From contig NW_021834474.1 of assembly GCF_006345805.1 (NCBI RefSeq), forward strand, positions 1-48,212: DNA of 48,212 bases, given 5' to 3'. The stretch comes from Octopus sinensis (Eukaryota). The notes beneath the pieces were generated by a model that saw only the letters and a list, made by a program, of their open reading frames with translations, did no database searches and was not told the origin of the DNA. The position numbers were made by a program, and so were the translations under genes. Below are positions 41,541 through 48,212 of this stretch, one piece after another; the stretch's first letter is position 1, and each line of letters begins with the position of its first letter.

Positions 41541-41807
41541 TTGGTGATCAAAATATTTCTCTCGCATCAACTCACCTCAGTTCGTTCTAAGTAGGCACAA
41601 GAAAATAATAAATTTCATCGCTGTAAGAAGCAGAAGTATTGTGAAATTGTCGAGTTTTTCATTGACTTGCAATGCATTGTGCAAATTCCCTTCTTAAGTA
41701 AACAGATCAGCTTCTTACAACGTATATTTGTCTTCCATTCACTGGAGCTATACAGAAAATGGAGATCTGATAAATGGTGTGTAATGTTCGAAGTAAAAGC
41801 AACTTAC

Positions 41808-42062
41808 CTGCTTGTCGCCATTGACTGTATGGACTAATTTCACTGAAGAATTTAGATTGCACTCTGTAGAAATAGGAATCATTGGCACTGTCACGCAACG
41901 GCGTATTGTAGCAGTGTTCGGTGCCACCGGAAACGGTGTTACGATGGTGGTATTTTTCGTTTCGAATTTCAATGTTGTACGTGTAATTAAGCTTGTGTAC
42001 CGGGTTCTGCCAGCATATCTGCGATGTTTTCCCTTTCGTAATTGTACAAAAGGTTTCTAATT
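41808..42062 (-). CDS. Fibronectin type III-like exon, 255 nt, phase 1-1
   Basis: Acceptor ttttaacgtctgttgcag|AA at 42063/42062 and donor GCA G|GTAAGT at 41808/41807. Translation (E)LETFCTITKGKTSQICWQNPVHKLNYTYNIEIR...LRDSANDSYFYRVQSKFFSEISPYSQWRQA has the FN3 strand-B Trp, strand-C Tyr, strand-F YxYRV and a WSxWS-like SPYSQW. Confidence 0.8.
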
Positions 42063-42277
42063 CTGCAACAGACGTTAAAAGAAGTGTTGTTGAAATATGT
42101 ATGCACAAGATAATATTTCTATGTCGGTTATTACCGCTTAATGTTTGTTTTAATAGTAGTATTTTTACGACACAGAAGATTATAAGTGGACTCCCCATCA
42201 TACTTACACAGACACAGACACACACACACACAGTGACTTGTATTCAAGTTCATATTTTTCCACACACATACACACAA

Positions 42278-42336
<59 letters not shown>

Positions 42337-42482
42337 TATATTATATATATATGTTATATAATGAATGTCAACATTAGAGAACTTTGGAAGTCATTTATGA
42401 TCTAAATCTGATTTTATAGAACTCCCTGATGTTTCATGAGTGTAGCCTCACCCCCTTAGATTTTTGGAGAACTCAGATGTGT

Positions 42483-42571
42483 TTTTGGCTGATGAGTACG
42501 AGTCACTTGTATTTGCTGCAATATTTGCAGCCTTAATAAAGCTGGTCTCGTATGAAACAATTGTACCGAAA
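42483..42571 (+). ncRNA. Minimal type-I hammerhead ribozyme motif, intact core (HHR-6)
   Basis: Stem I UUUUGG/CCGAAA. CUGAUGA at 42489-42495. Stem II GUACGAG/CUCGUAU with an internal GCUGCA/UGCAGC hairpin. GAAAC-AAUU-GUA gives palindromic stem III ACAAUUGU. Predicted cleavage after 42565. Confidence 0.85.
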
Positions 42572-42596
42572 TACTGATCCATTTTTTGTTGCTTTT

Positions 42597-42683
<87 letters not shown>

Positions 42684-42739
42684 ATTCAAGCATTTACAAA
42701 TATAACCATACAAACATATATATAGGAGAGTGTTTTACC

Positions 42740-43125
42740 GATTTTATTGCCCTCGGTACTTCATTTTATATACCATGGAAGGATGAAAGAAAATGTCAAC
42801 CAGAGCGGGATCTGAACTCGGAACTTAAAGGATCGTAAATGAATTTAATAAGGCATTTTACTCGACATTCTAACAACCTACTGCTTTGATGTTAATATTA
42901 ATTATTCTTTCTAATTTTTGGCTCAAGGCCAGAAATCTTAAGGGTGGGGGAGGGGGAAGTCAGTTACATCGCGATTCCAGTGATCGACTGATACTTATTT
43001 TATCGACGCCGAAAGGCTGACGGGTAAAGTCGACCAAAATGCCATTTGAACAAAGAACGTAAGGTCGGAAGAAATACTGCTCAGCAATTGTCCGGCGTGC
43101 TACCAATTCTACTAGCTCGTCACCT
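42740..43125 (-). mobile_element. Two diverged family-C SINEs
   Basis: Reverse-complement family match. Confidence 0.7.
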
Positions 43126-43170
43126 TCATGCTATTACTAATTACAACTACCTATGACATTCGTACATAAT

Positions 43171-43216
<46 letters not shown>

Positions 43217-43257
43217 ATATATATGTAATGTATGTATGTGTGTGTGTGTTTATTTCT

Positions 43258-43660
43258 TTTCTTTTTTCTTTACTTGTTCAGTCATTTGAATGTGGCTATG
43301 CTGGAGCACCGCCTTTTAGTTGAGCAAATCGACCCCGGGACTTATTCTTTGTAAGCCCAGTACTTATTCTATCGGTCTCTTTTGTCGAACCGCTAAGTGA
43401 CGGGGACGTAAACACACCAGCATCGGTTGTCAAACAATGCTAGGGGGACAAACACAGACACACAAACCTACACACACACACATATAATACATATATACGA
43501 CGGGCTTCTTTCAGTTTCCGCCTACCAAATCCACTCACAAGGCATTGGTCGGCCCGGGGCTATAGCAGAAGACACTTACCCAAGATGCCACGCAGTGGGA
43601 CTGAACCCGGAACCATGTGGTTGGTAAACAAGCTACTTACCACACAGCCACTCCTGCGCC
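43258..43660 (-). mobile_element. SINE family B
   Basis: Reverse-complement family match. Confidence 0.88.
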
Positions 43661-43749
43661 TGTGTGTATATATATATATATGCATATTATAAATTGCGTA
43701 TGAATGTCATAACTAGTTACACACACACACACACACAACACACACACAC

Positions 43750-43930
43750 GTGGAGGCACATGGTCTAGTGGCTAGAGCAGCGGGCTCGTGGTCGAGAGAT
43801 CGTGGGTTCGAATCTCAGACCGGGCCTTACGTGTGTTTATGAGCGAAACACCTACCTCCACGCGGCTCGGGCAGAAGGAAATGGCGAACTTCCGCTGACT
43901 CTTTCGCCACAACTTTCTCTCACTCCTTCC
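43750..43930 (+). mobile_element. Diverged family-A-like SINE, 5' half
   Basis: tggaggcacatggtctagtgg head, gggttcgaatc B-box and ccacaactttctctcactc body motif. Confidence 0.65.
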
Positions 43931-44331
43931 TCTTGCATATTGTAGCTCACCTGCGACGGCAATAGTTGTTTGTAAACCGTATTGTGGTTTTAGTTTAAGT
44001 TTTACTTTTATTATTTGTCTTTTTTTCTGTTGCTTCATCTTTAGTGATGGTCCTTTGGAAGGACATAGCTAGGCTCGTCAAATGGTGAAAGGAGGTGACT
44101 CACGATGCAAAGACAATGCTTGTAAACTACTTAATAAAATTGCTTCTTGCTAATTGGCGCTATTTCTCGAAAGAGACGAATACTTAACAAACGTCGGGAT
44201 ATGACTCACTGATTAATATTGTAGACTAAGACATACTATTACGCATATATATATATATACATATATAAATTATACACACACACACACATACATATATACA
44301 TGTGTATATATTTATATATATACGAGTATAT

Positions 44332-44646
44332 AGGGTAAAGACCCCTTCCGGTCATGAATGACCATGGGATTGCCACCTGGAGAGTTCCCCTTCGAGGTGC
44401 AAGTCCGGGCAAGGTTGTTCGTGGAAGACCACCACTCACCCATGTGTACCACCCTCCCCTCTCCACGCCACTGATGTTGTCTAAGGGTAAAGCCGATACA
44501 GCTTGGCACCAGTCACGTCGCAACTTATTTCTACAGCAGAGTGAACTGGAGCAGCGTGAAATAAAGTGTCTTGCTCAAGAACACAGCACACAGCCCGGTC
44601 CTGGAATCGAACTGTCAACCTCATGATTGTGAGCCATACGCCTTCA
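44332..44646 (-). mobile_element. SINE family F, second copy
   Basis: Colinear with 21007-21353. Confidence 0.8.
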
Positions 44647-44683
44647 CACACAAACACACACACACACACACACACATACACAC

Positions 44684-44714
<31 letters not shown>

Positions 44715-44763
44715 ACGTATGTAATACATTTACATACGATATAAATATATACATCACTTAATT

Positions 44764-45052
44764 GTTAGAGTATTCGGCTCATGGCCGTAAGGTTGTGAGT
44801 TCGATTTCAGGCGGCGCGCTGTGTCTTTGGGTATGACACTATTTTTCACGCTGTTCCTATCCACTCAGATGGCAAAAATGAGTTGTACCTGTAATTGAAA
44901 TGCCAGTGATGTAACATTCTGTATCAGGCTGAATCACTGTGAGGACTACGCTTGAGGTACGCGTGTCTGTGGAGTGCTTAGCCACACGCACGTTAATTTC
45001 ACGAGCAGGGCCTTCCATTGATCGGATCGACTGGAACGCTCGTCGTTGTAAC
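44764..45052 (+). mobile_element. Diverged SINE family D copy
   Basis: Colinear with 41215-41540 but with many substitutions. Confidence 0.7.
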
Positions 45053-45182
45053 CACAGCGTCAGTATGCATGTGTGTGTTGTATATATATAATATATTATA
45101 TATATAAATATAATATATATATATATATATACACATATGACTAACGTATACGTATATACAACACAAACACACACCATATATA

Positions 45183-45231
<49 letters not shown>

Positions 45232-45283
45232 ATATATATCTATTATATATATATATATTAATATATATATATACCTAATACAT

Positions 45284-45314
<31 letters not shown>

Positions 45315-45440
45315 TATATATATTATATATATATATATATAGATATATACTCTATATATATATTATATATATATTATACAACATATGTACATATACTTTA
45401 TATATACACACAAACACATATATATACACATATATATATT

Positions 45441-45830
45441 CTTTTTATATTCTTTTACTCGTTTCAGTCATTTGACTGCGGCCATGCTGGAGCACCGCTT
45501 TTAGTCGAAGAAATCTCCCCCAGGACTAATTCTCTGTAACTCTAGTACTTTTTCTCTCAGGCTCTTTTGCCGAAGCACTAAGTTACGGGGACGTAAACAC
45601 CCCAACATCGATTGTCAAGTGATAGTGGGTGGTTGGGACAAATATAGACAAACAAATATATACATATATACGACGGTCTTCTTTCAGTTTCCGTCTACCA
45701 AATCCACTCATAAGGCTTTGGTCAGCCCAAGGCTATAGTAGAAGACACTTGGCCAAGTGCCACGCAGTGGAACTGAACTTGGACCCATGTGGTTGGGAAG
45801 CAAGCTTCTTGCCACACAGCCTCGCTTTCG
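45441..45830 (-). mobile_element. SINE family B, diverged
   Basis: Reverse-complement family match. Confidence 0.8.
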
Positions 45831-45949
45831 CCTGTATCTTGTGTAGGTATATATTTTGTACGCACACACACACATGTACGTATCTAGCTAGCTGGATAGA
45901 TAGCGAGAGAGAGAGAGAGAGAAGGAGAAGAGAAAGAGAAAATGCACAC

Positions 45950-46419
45950 GTGCGCGCGCGTGTGTGTGTGTGCTTGTGTGTGTGTGTGTGTGTGCTTGTG
46001 TGTGTGTGTGTGTGTGTGTGTGTGCTTGTGTGTGGTGTGTGTGTGCTTGTGGTGTGTGTGTGTGTGTGTTGTGTGTGTGTGTGTGTTGTGTGTTGTGGTG
46101 TGTGTGATTGTGTGTGTGTGATGTGTGTGTGCTTGTGTGTGTGTGTGTGGGTGCTGTGTGTGCTGTGTGTGTGTGTGTGTGCTTGTGTGTGTGTGTGTGC
46201 TGTGTGTGTGTGTGTGTGTGTGCTTGTGTTGTGTGTGTGTGTATGTGTGTGTGTGTGTGCTGTGTGTGTGTGAGTGTGTGTGATTGTTGTGTGTGTGTGC
46301 TTGTGTGTGTGTGCGTGGGTGTGTGCTTGTGTGTGTGCGTGTGTGCTGTGTGTGAGTGTGCGTGTGTGCTTGTGTGTGTGCGTGTGTGCTTGTGTGTGTG
46401 TGTGTATGTGTGTGTGTGC

Positions 46420-46480
<61 letters not shown>
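45950..46480. repeat. Interrupted (TG)n microsatellite
   Basis: Direct inspection. Confidence 0.95.
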
Positions 46481-46481
<1 letters not shown>

Positions 46482-46918
46482 TAGAGAGAGAAAGAGTACG
46501 AAGAAATATCCCAAAGAACTTGTGGGGAACAGCTGCAGCCCCAATTCCACCCCATCCCAACTTTTTGCCAAGTTGTAGAATGTAGAATGTCTGATGAATA
46601 AAGAGGAGAACATTGAGAAGTGACACTTCAGTTAATAGATAAGTGGTTAAATGAAGCCACTCTTCACTTTTATCAACGTTAATAATTATATTAGTAGTAC
46701 CAGAAGTATGGTTAGGAGTGGTGGTGTTGGTAGCGATGGTGGCGGTGATACGGTGCTATAATGGTGGTGGTGTGGTACTGATCTTAGTACTGCTGTGGCT
46801 TGCAGTGAAGTTTATATTGTTGTTTGACCCCAAGTTAGCCACAATCGAAAAACAAAATAGAAGCCCAAAATGATTAAAGTCGAAAGCATTCCATTTGTGA
46901 CCATCTATTGTGACCAAT

Positions 46919-47329
46919 AGGCGCAGGAGTGGCTGTGTGGTAAGTAGCTTGTTTACCAGCCACATGGTTCCGGGTTCAGTCCCACTGCGTGGCACCTTGG
47001 GCAAGTGTCTTCTACTATAGCCTCGGGCCGACCAAAGCCTTGTGAGTGGATTTGGTAGACGGAAACTGAAAGAAGCCCGTCGTATATATGTATATATATA
47101 TATATATGCGTGTGTGTGTTTGTGTGAGTGTGTTTGTCCCCCTAGCATTGCTTGACAACCGATGCTGGTGTGTTTATGTCCCCGTTACTTAGCGGTTCGG
47201 CAAAAGAGACCGATAGAATAAGTACTGGGCTTACAAAAGAATAAGTCCCGGGGTCGAGTTGCTCGATTAAAGGCGGTGCTCCAGCATGGCCGCAGTCAAA
47301 TGACTGAAACAAGTAAAAGAGTAAAAGAG
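46919..47329 (+). mobile_element. SINE family B
   Basis: Full-length family match. Confidence 0.9.
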
Positions 47330-47707
47330 AATCTCTTGTTTTTGTTGATGATGTAGAAAAATTTCACACACACACACTGAGGATAGGAAGAAACGGGGTC
47401 AGAGGACGGGGACGTTTCCCTATTAATATCTGTAAATCAATTGCTCATTCTCTCCCGCAACTGGGCCTTAATCTTTCAGGATAAGGGCTAAAATTAGAAA
47501 GGTTTCATTTGAAAGTATGGCTCAACTGACCAACCCGAGGTCATCTGTGTGAATGTGTATGTGTATGTGTGTGTATGTGTGTGTATGTTTGTGCGTGTGC
47601 ATGTATGTAATATGAGTGCAACGGTTATAGCACAGCTAATGAGCTATAACTGAGTCGTGGCCACTACTTTCCCGAAAACAGTTTTGTGAATAGTTTCGTT
47701 TGCTCAC

Positions 47708-48212
47708 CTGGTAGACCGACAATTTTGATATTAACCAATGCATATGCCGTCTTTGACGGCAAGCCGTTATCTGATACTTTCACCGTGAAGTTGATATCCT
47801 TGAGATCAAGTCGTAACGTATCATTGAGTCGAAGGCGACCGCTGTGTTTATCTAAAGATAGAATCGGATATTTTTGTTCTTGTATCTCGTAAGTAATCTG
47901 TCTGTTGTAGTCTTCTTTGGAATCATCGGTGGCGTTTAAATAGCCGATAGTCTTGCCAGGTTTTTCAAACTGAAAGACTAAGAAAGAATATAAAGGTTTT
48001 GAAAATTGTGGCGCTTCTTTGTTGTTTTCAACAACATCAACTAAAAGTTGACGATCCCGAAAAGTGTTTCCCTTGAAAGCAGCTCGTATGTTTAATGCGA
48101 ACTGATGACCAACAGGTTTGTCTATAGCTGTCATCGTGCTGATTTCACCAGAGTGTTTATTAATCATGAAATATATCAGTTCCCCCTGAGTAAACAGCTG
48201 GTAAGACACAGC
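47708..48212 (-). CDS. Cadherin-repeat exon (partial, continues past window end) of a cadherin-FN3-EGF gene
   Basis: Frame is open from 48212 (AVSYQLF...). It has cadherin motifs FMINKHSGEI, NNKEAPQFSKPLY, IGYLNATDD, LDKHSGRL and VKVSDNGLPSKT. Donor CCA G|GTGAG at 47708/47707, phase 1. Confidence 0.93.

Noticed and set aside
42063-42231. N-terminal extension of the 174-aa ORF
   Set aside because: Intronic, starting in a (TG)n tract upstream of the acceptor at 42063.
47708-48212. Calling the gene Notch, Fat, Crumbs or a clustered protocadherin
   Set aside because: No LNR, ankyrin, LamG, TM or cadherin cytoplasmic domain is visible, so orthology cannot be supported.

Overview
AT-rich, repeat-dense eukaryotic DNA. 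The SINE families and microsatellite load suggest an octopus genome (inference, not searched). One minus-strand gene is traceable through four exons joined by phase-1 GT-AG junctions. They encode cadherin repeats (47708-48212, open beyond the window end), an FN3-like domain (41808-42062), a 1,494-bp exon with 13 EGF repeats (39118-40611), and, across a 26,762-bp intron, an exon that completes EGF13 and adds EGF14 (12215-12355). I could not find its C-terminal exon(s). The introns hold tRNA-derived SINEs with interchangeable head and tail modules, five non-autonomous Helitron copies (including a head-to-tail dimer), a MITE with 47-bp TIRs and an 8-bp TSD, CR1 and L1/Tx1 fragments, and mini/microsatellites. 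The most striking non-coding signal is six sequence-divergent minimal type-I hammerhead ribozyme motifs plus two decayed inverted partners. They sit beside (TA)n tracts or in inverted repeats, which fits Penelope-like retroelement pLTR remnants. Four of the five core-intact motifs are antisense to the host gene. Most of the supplied ORFs are microsatellite or SINE artefacts. All alignments and folds were done by eye.
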